This document shows, piece after piece, positions 49,563 to 60,556 of a stretch of DNA of 64,000 nt (the first letter of the stretch is position 1; every line of letters begins with the position of its first letter). Position numbers and translations under genes: made by a program. Origin of the DNA: a bacterium (GTDB lineage: Bacteria > SAR324 > XYD2-FULL-50-16); the NCBI GenBank assembly GCA_032250835.1, contig JAVVEA010000008.1:79943-143942 (forward strand), in the 5' to 3' direction. The notes beneath the pieces are model-generated. The model did no database searches. It was not told where the DNA came from and saw only the letters and a program-made list of their open reading frames with translations.

Positions 49563-52145
49563 TTATTGCGGCAGGGAGGGGTCAACGCCCCAAATTTCCT
49601 GAGCATATTGGCCGATCACCCGGTCCGAAGAAAACTTGCCGATGCGGGCCACGTTGAGGATCGACATCTTAGTCCAAAGGGCTTGATTCCGGTAGGCCTG
49701 GGCGAGGCGCTCTTGGCAGTCGGCGTAAGCCCGAAAGTCGGCGGCGACCATAAAGTGGTCCCCTTCGTGGGTTACGGCGTTGTATATGTCCATGAACTGA
49801 TCGGGTTTATTGGGGCTGAAGTAGCCGTCGCGGATTTGCTGCAATACCCGCTTAAGCTCCCAGTCTTCTTCGATAAAGCGGTTGGGATCATAGCCGGTGG
49901 CGCGGGTCTGGCGGACTTCTTCTTCAGTCAGGCCGAAGATGTAGATGTTCTCGTCGCCCACTTCTTCTTTGATCTCCACGTTGGCCCCGTCGAGGGTACC
50001 GATAGTCAGTGCACCGTTGAGCGCAAACTTCATGTTGCCGGTGCCACTGGCCTCCATGCCCGCCGTGCTGATCTGTTCGGAAAGATCACTGCCCGGAAAG
50101 ATGCGTTCAGCCAAAGAAACACCGTAGTTGGGTAAGAACACCACTTTAAGCAACCGGCCAACCCGGCGGTCCCGGTTGACCAAGTTACCGACGGCATTGA
50201 TCAAATGAATGATTTCCTTGGCCCGATAATAACCCGGTGCGGCCTTGCCGCCGAAGATCACCGTGCGGGGCACAAAATTTTCGGTGTCGCCATCTTTGAT
50301 CCGATTGTACATGGCGATCACGTTGAGGATGTTGAGTAACTGCCGTTTGTACTCGTGCACCCGTTTGATCTGTACGTCGAAGATGCTGTCCGTTTCCACC
50401 ACTACGTTGGTGATGTCGTGGATCAACTTACCTAAGGCCGCCTTGTTCTTGCGTTTGACCTTGCGCCAAGCCTCTTGGAAGTCCGGGTCGTCGGCGCAGC
50501 TTTCTAAGCGGCGCAGCTCGTCTAAGTCTTTGACCCAGGCACTACCAATCTTTTTGGTGATCAAGTCGCTCAGCAGGGGGTTGCAGTGCTTAAGCCAGCG
50601 GCGAGGGGTGATGCCGTTGGTTTTGTTGTTGAATTTACCGGGGTACAGCTCATAAAAGTCTTTGAAGATTCCGGTCATCAACAGCTTGCTGTGCAACTCA
50701 GCTACCCCGTTGACCGAGTAGCTACCCACAATGGCCAAGTGGGCCATGCGGATCTGTTGGGGCTCACCTTCACTAACGATAGACATGCGCGCCCTCCGGT
50801 CAAAGTCGCCGGGGAAATAGGCGGCGACTTGGTCTAAGAAGCGCTGGTTGATTTCGTAGATGATGCGGATGTGCCGGGGCAGGATCTTCTCGATCAAAGG
50901 CACCGGCCAAGCTTCTAAAGCTTCGGGCAACACCGTGTGGTTCGTGTAAGCAAAGGTATTGGTGGTGATTTCCCAGGCATCGTCCCAGCCGAAGTTGTAC
51001 TGATCCAGCAAGATGCGCATCAACTCGGGGATGGCGATGGATGGGTGGGTGTCGTTGAGCTGGATGGCCACTTTATTGGGCAGGTTGTGCACCGTATCGC
51101 CGCATTTTTCTAAGCGGTGGATGATGTCCTGCAGGCTCGCCGAAACCATAAAATACTGCTGCTTGAGGCGCAGTTCCTTGCCCTGATAGCTTTTGTCGTT
51201 CGGGTAGAGCACCTTAGAGATGACCTCAGATTGGTGCTTGTCCACGATGGCGTCGATGTAATTGCCCTCGTTGAAGGTCTCTAGGTTGAACGACTCGGTC
51301 GAATAGGCGCTCCACAGCTTCAGCGTGTTGACCGTGTCGGTCTGGTAACCGGGGATGGGCATGTCGTAGGAAACGGCATTGACCCGTTCGCCCTCTTCCC
51401 AGACGTCACGGTACTGGTCGCTGATGTTGCGGAAGGCAGTGATACGGCCCCCAAAGTGGACTTCATAGCTATCTTCGGTGCGGCTGATTTCCCAAGGGTT
51501 GCCGTCGTGTAGCCAGTTGTCGGGATGCTCAACCTGCTTCAGGTTTTCGATGGTCTGGTTGAACATGCCGTATTCGTAGCGGATACCGTAGCCATAGGCA
51601 GGTAAGTCTAAGGTGGCCATGCTGTCTAAGAAGCAAGCGGCCAAACGCCCCAAGCCCCCGTTGCCCAGACCGGCGTCTTTCTCGTATTCTTCGAGTAAGT
51701 CTAAGTCCATTTCCAAATCCGCCAAGGCTTTGCGCGCCACCTCGATCATGCCGAGGTTCAACAGGGCGTTACCCATGGTGCGGCCCATGAGGAACTCTAA
51801 GGAAAGATAATAAACCCGCTTGGGGTTGGACTCATAGTAACGGTCTTGGGTCTTGATCCACTTGTCGATCATCTCGTCGCGCACCGTATAAGCAAGCGCC
51901 ATAAACTGGTCCCGCTTGCTGGCCGCATTAAGACCCCGACCTAGCGTGAGGTTCATGCGGGTGCGGAAGTTGGCTTTAAAAGCCTCTACCTTCTCTTCAA
52001 AGCTCGCGTTGGGGCTCATGGAAGAGACGGGGTTTAGCGTCGGACTCTTGGACTTTGCCACCGCAGCCGGAGCCGCTTTTGGGGTATCGTCGGCCTGAAT
52101 GGGTGTTTCTTCAGGTGCTTGGGGTGCGTTGGTTTCCTCAGCCAT
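49563..52145 (-). CDS. glgP: Glycogen/alpha-glucan phosphorylase
   Basis: LGNGGLGRLAAC, QLNDTHP, YTNHT, KRVHEYKRQ, EASGTGNMK; ATG at 52145 preferred. Confidence 0.97.
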   Translation of the reverse strand: MAEETNAPQAPEETPIQADDTPKAAPAAVAKSKSPTLNPVSSMSPNASFEEKVEAFKANFRTRMNLTLGRGLNAASKRDQFMALAYTVRDEMIDKWIKTQDRYYESNPKRVYYLSLEFLMGRTMGNALLNLGMIEVARKALADLEMDLDLLEEYEKDAGLGNGGLGRLAACFLDSMATLDLPAYGYGIRYEYGMFNQTIENLKQVEHPDNWLHDGNPWEISRTEDSYEVHFGGRITAFRNISDQYRDVWEEGERVNAVSYDMPIPGYQTDTVNTLKLWSAYSTESFNLETFNEGNYIDAIVDKHQSEVISKVLYPNDKSYQGKELRLKQQYFMVSASLQDIIHRLEKCGDTVHNLPNKVAIQLNDTHPSIAIPELMRILLDQYNFGWDDAWEITTNTFAYTNHTVLPEALEAWPVPLIEKILPRHIRIIYEINQRFLDQVAAYFPGDFDRRARMSIVSEGEPQQIRMAHLAIVGSYSVNGVAELHSKLLMTGIFKDFYELYPGKFNNKTNGITPRRWLKHCNPLLSDLITKKIGSAWVKDLDELRRLESCADDPDFQEAWRKVKRKNKAALGKLIHDITNVVVETDSIFDVQIKRVHEYKRQLLNILNVIAMYNRIKDGDTENFVPRTVIFGGKAAPGYYRAKEIIHLINAVGNLVNRDRRVGRLLKVVFLPNYGVSLAERIFPGSDLSEQISTAGMEASGTGNMKFALNGALTIGTLDGANVEIKEEVGDENIYIFGLTEEEVRQTRATGYDPNRFIEEDWELKRVLQQIRDGYFSPNKPDQFMDIYNAVTHEGDHFMVAADFRAYADCQERLAQAYRNQALWTKMSILNVARIGKFSSDRVIGQYAQEIWGVDPSLPQ

Positions 52146-52264
52146 GATAACTCTTAAAGGTTGGATCAAAAAGTTCTTTGATGGTCTTAAGTGTATGGAA
52201 GCCCAAGCGAGAATGCAAGCCCTGCTAAAAGCTTGCTCTCGGCTGCTGTAGGGGAACCCGACAG

Positions 52265-54859
52265 TTAATCTTTTCCCTGAGAGGCCTGTAGGGCCCGTAA
52301 AATTTTCTTTTTTTGCTTTTTAAAGTAGTCCAAGGATTCTCGGTCTTGGTCTAAAGCACGCTCGATGGTCCGCAGCGCCATTTTGTATTGCTGCTTCAGA
52401 AAGTAGATCTCCGCCAAGGTATCCAAATTGGCCGAAGTGGGGCTTAGCTTCACCGCCTTTTGACTCAACTCCAGGGCCTTTTCAAGGTGGCGTAGCGCCG
52501 GGTCCTTGGCGGTCACGTAGAGCCAAGCCAAGTTATTTAGGGCGATGTGGTCTTCTGGGTATTGGGCCAAGATTTCCAAATACATGGACTCGGACTCCTT
52601 TGGGTGCCCGGCCATATCGTAGTTTAAAGCTAGGCGGAGCTTGGCCCAAAGGCTCTGGGGCCGTTGGGTTAGGTGCTGGTTGAGCAGTTGGATGGCAGGC
52701 TCATATTGTTTGTCCAACTCGTAGCCATAGGCCAATCTCGCCTGAATCCAGGGGTCTTCGGGCCGGGCTTGGTGGGACGCCTGTAGGTGGGCCAAGGCCT
52801 GATCTTGTTCTTTAAGGAACATTGCATGGGCGGCTTGATAAAAGCCAAACCAAGCCGGAGCGCCTTGGAGCGGTTTTTTGCTATATACTGAGAGCCGCGC
52901 ATTAGGACCCTCTTCTAAGATGTCGGCAAAAAATTTCAGGTAGGGCTGGTAAGGGCTCTTCAGCTTCTTCAAGGCGGCGCTGGCCTGTTCCGTCTTTTTG
53001 TGGATGATCAACTCGTAGATTTGCGCTTCGAGGCCCTGGGGCTCAAACCCCCAAGTTTGGGCCGTTTGGCCTTTGAGGTAAAGATAAAGCTCCAATCCAG
53101 AGAGTTCAAAATCTTCCAGGTCCAAGGCCGCTGTGACGGCCTCAAGCGCCTTGTCGCGGTCAAAGTGCAACCGGGCATAACCCAAGCGCACCAACAAGAA
53201 GGCGTTGTCTGGGTTTGATGCCAGCGCTAACTCGAAGGCCCTGGCGGCCTCTTTCGGGCGGTCCAAGCGGGCTAAAATTTGGCCTTCAAACTCGCGCAGC
53301 CAATGGGCTTCGGGGTTTTTGTCGATCGCCTGCTTGATGTCGCTTTCGGCTTCGGTGAGGCGTTCTTGCTTGAGCCGGATCAGGGCGCGCTTGGCATAGG
53401 GCCAGTAGTCGTCCGGATTCTGCTCCATCATCTCTTCAATTTCCGAAAGCGCTTTGGGCCAGTTCTCGGTTTCTGTATAAAGCTCGACCAAGTGGGCCTT
53501 GATCCAGGGTGAGCGAGGCTGGGCTTTGGAAGCAGTTTCTAGGTACTGGACCGCCTTATCGTAGTTTTTGCTGATCCGGTACAGGTTGCCCAGCTTGCCT
53601 AAGATGAAATTGTTTTTGGGGTGTTGCTTGAGCGCTTCTTCGAAGGCAAGGGTCGCTTTGTCGTACTTGCGGCGGCGCTCCAAGAGGGTGCCGTACTCCA
53701 ACAGTAGGGCCGTGTTGTCGCCTTCGAGGTTAAGCCCTTCCACGATTACCTGCTCGGCCAAGAAGGAGTCACCGCGCTGGTTGTAGATACGGGCTAAGGA
53801 CTCAAAGACAAAGAGGTCGCGGCTGCCGGTCTCGCGGGCTTTTTCAAGCCATTCGACGGCCTGCTCTAGCTCATTTTGGGCCAGATATATCCGGCCAATC
53901 TGCACCATGGCCAGATAGCTTTCTGGCTTGGTTTCTAGGCCCTGCTTGAAGTGTTCTACGGCGCGGTCGTACTCCTTTTCGGCCCCTAAAATGGTGGCTA
54001 GTTGGAAGTGTAACAGGTGGTCTTTGGGTTGGTGTTTGAGGGCTTCTTCGATCACCTGTTTAGCGGGCAAGAGCTCCATTTGCTCGATGTGCCAAGTAGA
54101 CAAATGCAGCGCAAACCAAGGTTCGTCGGGGAAGCGTTTGACCATCTCTTTGAGCTGCCGCCCTAAGGCCGACTTTTGTCCCGTATAAGACAAGAAGTCG
54201 ATATAAAACTGTTGGTAGCGGGGGTTGTTCGGCTTGAGCTCGATGGTCCGCATGCTGCTCAAAAGGGCTTGCTGCAATTGGCCCAGTTGCAATTCCGCCT
54301 GGGCCCGTTGGAACCAAAGCTGGTCGTTCTCCGGCTCTATCGCAATGGCCTTGCGCAGATGTTCTACGGCGCGGTGTAAGTTTTTGTCTTCTTGGTAGAT
54401 CTGGGCTAAGGCTACCTGTAGCTCGACCCGTACCACGCCTGCGGCTTCAGCGGCTATCAGGTCTTGCTTGGCGGATTCTTTATAGCCTAAATCCAACAAC
54501 ACCTGCCCGCGCAGCGCAAGCAACTCTACAAAGTCCGGTTGTTCTTGGATTTGGGTGGTCAGGAAATCTAAGGCCTCTTGTTGACGCCCTCGGGTCAAGA
54601 GGATTTTGACCTTGAGTAAGTAGAGATTGGCGTCTTGGCGGTGTGTGGCTAAAAGCGCCTCAGTGGCCTTTTGGGCTTTTTCTAGTTCACCCTGGCGGAC
54701 CTCGGTTAAGATCAACTGATAGGCTTTGGCTTCGGGCGGGCTGGCGGCGGAGTGAGCCGGAGAAGCGGGCCAATCACTCACGTCAAGCGGCTCTACCGAG
54801 GGCGTTGCCGAGCAGGCCAGCAGGAGCCCCAAGGGGATCAGGTAAATTAGTCGGCGCAA
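52265..54859 (-). CDS. Large TPR-repeat lipoprotein
   Basis: Lipobox LLAC, many TPR units, ALNNLAWLY, LDTLAEIY. Confidence 0.88.
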   Translation of the reverse strand: MRRLIYLIPLGLLLACSATPSVEPLDVSDWPASPAHSAASPPEAKAYQLILTEVRQGELEKAQKATEALLATHRQDANLYLLKVKILLTRGRQQEALDFLTTQIQEQPDFVELLALRGQVLLDLGYKESAKQDLIAAEAAGVVRVELQVALAQIYQEDKNLHRAVEHLRKAIAIEPENDQLWFQRAQAELQLGQLQQALLSSMRTIELKPNNPRYQQFYIDFLSYTGQKSALGRQLKEMVKRFPDEPWFALHLSTWHIEQMELLPAKQVIEEALKHQPKDHLLHFQLATILGAEKEYDRAVEHFKQGLETKPESYLAMVQIGRIYLAQNELEQAVEWLEKARETGSRDLFVFESLARIYNQRGDSFLAEQVIVEGLNLEGDNTALLLEYGTLLERRRKYDKATLAFEEALKQHPKNNFILGKLGNLYRISKNYDKAVQYLETASKAQPRSPWIKAHLVELYTETENWPKALSEIEEMMEQNPDDYWPYAKRALIRLKQERLTEAESDIKQAIDKNPEAHWLREFEGQILARLDRPKEAARAFELALASNPDNAFLLVRLGYARLHFDRDKALEAVTAALDLEDFELSGLELYLYLKGQTAQTWGFEPQGLEAQIYELIIHKKTEQASAALKKLKSPYQPYLKFFADILEEGPNARLSVYSKKPLQGAPAWFGFYQAAHAMFLKEQDQALAHLQASHQARPEDPWIQARLAYGYELDKQYEPAIQLLNQHLTQRPQSLWAKLRLALNYDMAGHPKESESMYLEILAQYPEDHIALNNLAWLYVTAKDPALRHLEKALELSQKAVKLSPTSANLDTLAEIYFLKQQYKMALRTIERALDQDRESLDYFKKQKKKILRALQASQGKD

Positions 54860-54941
54860 AACAGGCTCGGGATTGGGGTGTCAGTCGATATAGTTTTTGG
54901 ATTATAACAGCCCCTTTGACGAAAGGAAAGCCCTCCTAGAC

Positions 54942-55874
54942 CTAGAATAGGTAACCCTTCTCCCGTTCGATTTCAAGGATTTGACCACTCGAGGTCTTCG
55001 TCAAGGTGAGCAGGCGGGTCCAATAGACTTCGCGCAGCGGCCAAAGTTCGGTAATCTGCACCCGCAATAGGTCGTTGATGTATTTGGTTTCGACCACCGG
55101 ATTTTTAAAGCCATGTACATAAAGGCTTTTAAAGTAGGGGTCTAACAGTAAGGTCTGGGTCAATTCAAAGTCGTTGCTCGATTGCAACATCTGGGTGGGC
55201 CCCCAGCCGCCAATTAGGTTGAAATCGGCGTAATGGTAGCGGTCCCGTTTGAGGCTAGACACATGCCAACTACTTTGAAACCAGTTAGCGGGCTGCAAAC
55301 TGACCCTCTCTCCCTGGCGCATCTCTTCGGGTAGCGTAGCCAGCACCAAAACCCGAACCACGCCATTGACCAACACAAAACCCACCAAAATAGCCAGACT
55401 CGCCTTGCAGACCGTAATGGTTTTGAGCCGGTTCCAGCGTTTTGTTACCCAAAGAAGAATGGTCAAAGACAAGACCACCAAATAGCCCTGGTTGACCAAA
55501 CCCAAAGAAAAACTAAAGTCGCTAAAGGGCCGCAGGAAGGGGAGGCGTTGGGTGCTGATCAGGCTAAGTAAGAGATAGACACCCAAACCCGCCAGGGGCC
55601 AAAAGACCTGGGTGGCGCGCTTGAGGTTGCGGGTGCCGATCCAGACCCAAAGACTGATCACACTGAGCAACGCCGCCAGATAAAAGGGGCTGTGGAACCA
55701 AAGGGGCATCCAGAAAAGGCCCGGCTCGCTGCTGGTTAAAAAGGCAATATAGTCCAGCAACGGCAGTAGGGTCCCCGCAAAGATCAAAGCCCAGCTGCCC
55801 TTGGAGAGTAGCTTTTGGTCCCTGGTCCAGTGGAACAGATTAAACAGCGTCAGAGCCGCAATCAAGGCATTCAT
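54942..55874 (-). CDS. Membrane protein, remote YdjM-like metal-dependent hydrolase
   Basis: Multi-TM; LP-LD and FHS reminiscent of the family but divergent. Confidence 0.5.
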   Translation of the reverse strand: MNALIAALTLFNLFHWTRDQKLLSKGSWALIFAGTLLPLLDYIAFLTSSEPGLFWMPLWFHSPFYLAALLSVISLWVWIGTRNLKRATQVFWPLAGLGVYLLLSLISTQRLPFLRPFSDFSFSLGLVNQGYLVVLSLTILLWVTKRWNRLKTITVCKASLAILVGFVLVNGVVRVLVLATLPEEMRQGERVSLQPANWFQSSWHVSSLKRDRYHYADFNLIGGWGPTQMLQSSNDFELTQTLLLDPYFKSLYVHGFKNPVVETKYINDLLRVQITELWPLREVYWTRLLTLTKTSSGQILEIEREKGYLF

Positions 55875-55881
55875 GGTTGTC

Positions 55882-57867
55882 TCAAGCGGTCAAATCCTTG
55901 GCTGCTTGGACCACCGCTTGTGCGGTGATGCCGAAGTGCGCGTAGGCCTCGGGGGCTGGGGCGGAGGTGCCGAAGCCGCTCATGCCGATGAAGCGGTCTT
56001 GGCGGTTCATGTACTTAGCCAAACCGGCTTGGATGCCCGCTTCGACAAAGACGCGGGGCATGCCTTCGGGCAGGACTTCGGCTTGGTAGCTCGCTGGTTG
56101 TTGGTCGAAAAGTTCGGCTGAAGGCAGGCTGACCAATTGGGCCGAGATGCCCGCTTTAGCCAGTTCTTCATAGGCTTCTAGGGCCAAGGATACTTCCGAA
56201 CCCGTAGCCACCAACAACAGCTTGGGGCTCTCGCCTTGGGCCAATATGTAACCCCCTTTGAGGGTCCCTTCGGCCGCGCCGTAGCGGCTGCGGTCGATCA
56301 CCGGTAGGTTCTGGCGGGTCAAGGACATGGCCACTGGCCCTTTGGCGGCTAGGGCATAGGCCCAAACCTGGGCGGTCTCGTTGGCGTCTGCCGGGCGGAA
56401 GCTGATTAGGCCGGGCATGGCGCGTAAGTAAGAGACCTGCTCAACGGGCTGGTGGGTCGGGCCGTCCTCGCCAACGCCGATGCTGTCGTGGGTGAACACA
56501 AAGATACTGGGGTAGCCCGAAAGAGCCGCCACGCGCAGCGAAGGCAACATGTAATCCGAGAAGGCCAAAAAGGTGGCTCCGTAGGCGCGGGTATGGCCCG
56601 AAACGCTGATCCCGTTAATGATCGCGCCCATGGCATGTTCGCGCACCCCAAAGCGGATGTAGCGTCCGTCGGGGCTGTTCTTTTGGAAGTCTTTGGCGTC
56701 GGGGTAGCCGGTGTTGTTGCTGGGCGTCAGGTCCGCCGAGCCGCCCATCATCAGCGGCAACTTGGGCATGATCGACGCCAATACCTTGCCTGAGGCCGAA
56801 CGGGTGGCGATGGACTGACCGGCTTCAAACTGGGGGATTTCCACCGCCGGGGTCTGGCCCATATAGGCGTTGATCAACTCCTGAGCCAGTTCGGGGTATT
56901 CGGCTTGATACCTGGTGAACAGGTCGGTGCTGGCCGCCTCTTGAGCGGCACCTTTTTGGGCCACTTCGGCGAAGTGGGCGCGGACTTCGTCGGTCACCGT
57001 AAAGGGGCCATGCTCCCAGCCCAGCACTTTCGCCGCACTGGCGCGCCCTTCAGCACCTAGCGGCGAACCGTGGACTCCCGAGCTGTCGGCTTTGGGGGCA
57101 CCGAAGCCGATGATTGTTTGGATTTTGATCAAGTGCGGGCGGCCTGAGGTCTGGGCCGTGGACTCAAGGGCTACGTCTAGGGCATGTAAGTCGTGGCCGT
57201 CGCCGCCGATCTCTTGGGTCTGCCAGCCGTAGGCCTTAAAGCGGGCCAAGACATCTTCGGTGAAGCTCAGGTCGGTGCGGCCATCGATGGTGATTTGGTT
57301 GTCGTCGTAAAGTAAGATCAGGTTGTCTAATCCTAAGTGCCCGGCCAGAGAACAGGCCTCAGCAGCAACGCCTTCTTGCAGACAACCGTCGCCCGAAGCA
57401 ACGTAAATTTTGTAGTCAAAAAGCCCCTCAAAGCCGGGCCGTGAATAATGGGCGGCCAGATACTTTTGGGCGATAGCCATGCCCACCGCGTTGGCAATAC
57501 CTTGGCCCAACGGGCCAGTGGTTAGCTCGACGCCTGGTGTGTGGCCGTATTCGGGGTGCCCCGGGGTCTTGCTGCCCAGCTGGCGGAAGGATTTGAGGTC
57601 TTCTAGGCTGACGCCGTAACCGCTGAGGTGTAGCAGCGAGTACAGCAGGGCACTGCCGTGGCCCGCAGACAGAACAAAACGGTCACGCCCCGGCCAATTG
57701 GGGTTTGCTGGGTTGTGCCGCAAATGTTTGGTGAACAGGCGATAAGCGGTCGGCGCAAAGCCCAAGGGTAAACCGGGGTGGCCGGAGTTTGCTTGCTGGA
57801 CCGCGTCAACGGACAGGAATCGGATGCAATTGATAGCCTTTTGTTCGATTGCTGATAATGCCTGCAT
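55882..57867 (-). CDS. tkt: Transketolase
   Basis: SGHPG, RDRFVLSAGHGS, GDGCLQEG, FGVREH, THDSIGVGEDGPTHQP. Confidence 0.98.
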   Translation of the reverse strand: MQALSAIEQKAINCIRFLSVDAVQQANSGHPGLPLGFAPTAYRLFTKHLRHNPANPNWPGRDRFVLSAGHGSALLYSLLHLSGYGVSLEDLKSFRQLGSKTPGHPEYGHTPGVELTTGPLGQGIANAVGMAIAQKYLAAHYSRPGFEGLFDYKIYVASGDGCLQEGVAAEACSLAGHLGLDNLILLYDDNQITIDGRTDLSFTEDVLARFKAYGWQTQEIGGDGHDLHALDVALESTAQTSGRPHLIKIQTIIGFGAPKADSSGVHGSPLGAEGRASAAKVLGWEHGPFTVTDEVRAHFAEVAQKGAAQEAASTDLFTRYQAEYPELAQELINAYMGQTPAVEIPQFEAGQSIATRSASGKVLASIMPKLPLMMGGSADLTPSNNTGYPDAKDFQKNSPDGRYIRFGVREHAMGAIINGISVSGHTRAYGATFLAFSDYMLPSLRVAALSGYPSIFVFTHDSIGVGEDGPTHQPVEQVSYLRAMPGLISFRPADANETAQVWAYALAAKGPVAMSLTRQNLPVIDRSRYGAAEGTLKGGYILAQGESPKLLLVATGSEVSLALEAYEELAKAGISAQLVSLPSAELFDQQPASYQAEVLPEGMPRVFVEAGIQAGLAKYMNRQDRFIGMSGFGTSAPAPEAYAHFGITAQAVVQAAKDLTA

Positions 57868-58242
57868 TTGCCTGTTTGGATTAGAGGAAAAGGAATCGGG
57901 GTTTGGTGGCCTGGGGTACCTTCGTCATCAAGCCCTTGTGATAGGCTTTTACTGACCCGAAATTTGGTTTACAAAGCGGTAGTGATCCGCTATCTAGTGA
58001 ACCCTAGTTTTAATGACCCGCAGCCTCGGACAGGCCTGTCCCTTAGGGTCTCCTTCGAGCCTAACAACGCTGAGAACTTCACAGCCCTGGACCCGCCGGG
58101 ATCGGCGTTGTCGAAAGGTTCAAGGGTAGAGGGATTGGTGAGAAACAATCAAGCGATTTTTTGAGGCCTTTCTGGACCTCAATAACGGCCCTAAAAGGCC
58201 GTCAATCGCCACCCAAATATAACGTTCGCCCAAACGCAATAC

Positions 58243-59520
58243 ATGGATAAGCTGAATAATTACCGCCTGAAGTTACAGGGAAAGGAATACCTTCCGATCA
58301 TGATCGGCGGTATGGGGATGGATATCTCCACCAGCAAACTGGCCTTAGAAGGCGCCCGCTTGGGCGGCATCGGCCATATTTCCGACGCCATCATCAGCGC
58401 CGTGGCGGACCGCCACTTCGGCACCAACTTCACCAAAGACCGTCAGGTGAAGTATAAAGCCTACATCAACCAAAATTTGGCGAACCGCAACCATGCCCAG
58501 TTTGACCTAGAGCATCTTTACCAAGCCAGCAAGATCGTGGTTGGTGATGCCATGGACGCCAAGTCCGGCGACGGGGATGTGTTCATCAACATCATGGAAA
58601 AACTGTCCATGGCCAACCCGCGTGAAACCATGCGGGTACGGCTGAAGGCGGTTTTGGATGCCGGTATCGATGGGATCACCATGTCGGCGGGTCTGCACCT
58701 GGGCACCATGGGCTTGATGGCCGAGCACCCCCGCTTCCGCCACGTGAAATTGGGCTTGATTGTCTCTTCCTTGCGGGCGCTGCAATTGTTTTTGAAGAAA
58801 ACGGCCCGGCTGAACCGCCCCTTGGATTATGTGGTAGTCGAAGGACCCTTGGCGGGCGGCCACTTGGGCTTTAAGATTGACGATTGGTTTACCCATGACC
58901 TAGGCAAGATCACCAAAGAAATCATTGATTTTTTAAAGGCCGAAAACATGGACATCCCGGTGATCCCTGCTGGCGGTATCTTCACCGGTGCCGACGCCAC
59001 CCAATTTATGCAGATGGGTTCCGGCGCGGTGCAGGTGGCTACCCGCCTGACCGTAACCGAAGAGTCCGGCTTCCCGATGAAGGTGCAGCAGCGCTTTTTT
59101 CGGGCCAAAGAAGAAGAAATCGAAGTCAACTTGATGTCGCCCACCGGTTACCCGATGCGCATGCTCAACGACAGCCCCTGCATCCACACGAGCATCCGGC
59201 CCAACTGCGAGACCTTGGGCTTCATTCTGGACGCGCAGGGCGACTGTAGCTACATCGACGCCTACAACCGCGAGATCGAGCGCCACCCGGACAACCCGGT
59301 GGTGCCCGATAAGACCTGTCTTTGTACCTACATGAAGTCTTACGGTACCTGGACCTGTGGGCACATGACCTACCGCCTCAAAAACACGACCAACCAGTTT
59401 GCCGACGGAACCTTCCAGCAGCTTACGGTCAAAGACGTCTTCCACGACTACCTAGAGGGCGGCGAAACCCACCTCAAGCCCGCGTTGCCCGATGGCGCAA
59501 CCCTATTGGGCGCAAAATAG
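58243..59520 (+). CDS. Nitronate monooxygenase/FabK-like flavoprotein with Cys-rich C-terminus
   Basis: PIMIGGMG, VVEGPLAGGHLG, PVIPAGGI, VQVATR, SPTGYP. Confidence 0.85.
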   Translation: MDKLNNYRLKLQGKEYLPIMIGGMGMDISTSKLALEGARLGGIGHISDAIISAVADRHFGTNFTKDRQVKYKAYINQNLANRNHAQFDLEHLYQASKIVVGDAMDAKSGDGDVFINIMEKLSMANPRETMRVRLKAVLDAGIDGITMSAGLHLGTMGLMAEHPRFRHVKLGLIVSSLRALQLFLKKTARLNRPLDYVVVEGPLAGGHLGFKIDDWFTHDLGKITKEIIDFLKAENMDIPVIPAGGIFTGADATQFMQMGSGAVQVATRLTVTEESGFPMKVQQRFFRAKEEEIEVNLMSPTGYPMRMLNDSPCIHTSIRPNCETLGFILDAQGDCSYIDAYNREIERHPDNPVVPDKTCLCTYMKSYGTWTCGHMTYRLKNTTNQFADGTFQQLTVKDVFHDYLEGGETHLKPALPDGATLLGAK

Positions 59521-60088
59521 CCCCGCCCCGGCGGGACTAGACTTTTTAGCCAGCGACGACTGGACCGACTGGAGCCACCCTTTGGTGGCCCAGTTGGCCG
59601 CCCAGCTGCCCGGCAATACCCCCACCGAGCTGGCCCGCGCCGCCTTTGAGCGGGTCAAAGACCAATACCCCCACGCTTTAGATTGCAACGCCGCCGCACT
59701 AGCCCGCAAAGCCAGCGAGGTGCTCCAACTGGGCCAGGGTTACTGTTACACCAAGTCTTTATTACTAGCCGCCCTCTTGCGGGCCCGCGCCATCCCCGCC
59801 GGGCTGGTGTACCAGCGCTTGGGTGATCCTGCTTCGGGCTACGCCTTGCACGGCTTGGTGGCGCTCTGGCTGGACCGCTGGCACCTGCTCGACGCCCGAG
59901 GCGACAACGCTCAAGTAAAGACGACCTTTGATCTAGAAACCCCCAGCTTAGCCTATCCCGGCACCGGCCCCGGCGAAGGCTGGGTGCCCCAAATCTTCAC
60001 CCAACCCCCACCCGAAGTGGCCCAAGCCTTGGCTCAGGCCGCCGACTGCCAAGCCCTGACCCAGAATTACCCGGACCGGCTTTTGTAA
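59492..60088 (+). CDS. Transglutaminase-like family protein
   Basis: GYCYTKS-LLAALLR---IPAG-VYQRL, LHG, LDARG (Cys-His-Asp triad); start uncertain. Confidence 0.85.
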   Translation: MAQPYWAQNSPAPAGLDFLASDDWTDWSHPLVAQLAAQLPGNTPTELARAAFERVKDQYPHALDCNAAALARKASEVLQLGQGYCYTKSLLLAALLRARAIPAGLVYQRLGDPASGYALHGLVALWLDRWHLLDARGDNAQVKTTFDLETPSLAYPGTGPGEGWVPQIFTQPPPEVAQALAQAADCQALTQNYPDRLL

Positions 60089-60227
60089 GCCCGGTAATTG
60101 AGGGGGCAGTAGGAGGTAGGGGCTGCTGGATTCCCGAACTAGACCAACACTTTGTGGCGAGTCGCAGGGCAAGGCTCGTTATGGCGGGGTTTTGAAACCG
60201 TTGGGTCTTGAACTATTGCCGGTCAAC

Positions 60228-60554
60228 TCAAGAGGCTGAAGAGTCGTCAGAATCGCGGTGATACAGCACAACGCCCACCCGGTCGATGTGCTCTTTTAGG
60301 TTTGGGTGGGTTAGGCGGAAGTAATCGGTCACGTCGAAGCTGTAGGGCGTGGGCAGTTCATCGAGCCTGGCGGCCAAATGGGCGGCCAGCTGGACGCTGG
60401 CGGCGGGGGCAAAAAAGGCGAGGTCTATGTCGGAGCCCTGCTTGTGGGTTCCTTTGGCTCGAGAGCCGTAGACCCGGACTTCGGTGACCTCAGAAAACTC
60501 GGCAAAGACCTGCCGAAGGGCGTGTAATACTTGGTCGGGCAGTCCGAAGGACAT
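60228..60554 (-). CDS. Minimal nucleotidyltransferase (MNT) antitoxin
   Basis: VYGSRAKG...SDIDLA, LPTPYSFD, LKEHIDRVG. Confidence 0.92.
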   Translation of the reverse strand: MSFGLPDQVLHALRQVFAEFSEVTEVRVYGSRAKGTHKQGSDIDLAFFAPAASVQLAAHLAARLDELPTPYSFDVTDYFRLTHPNLKEHIDRVGVVLYHRDSDDSSAS

Positions 60555-60556
60555 GG

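Noticed and set aside
57868-58164. 98-aa ORF or ncRNA in the tkt divergent intergenic region
   Set aside because: No RBS, motif or recognisable RNA family
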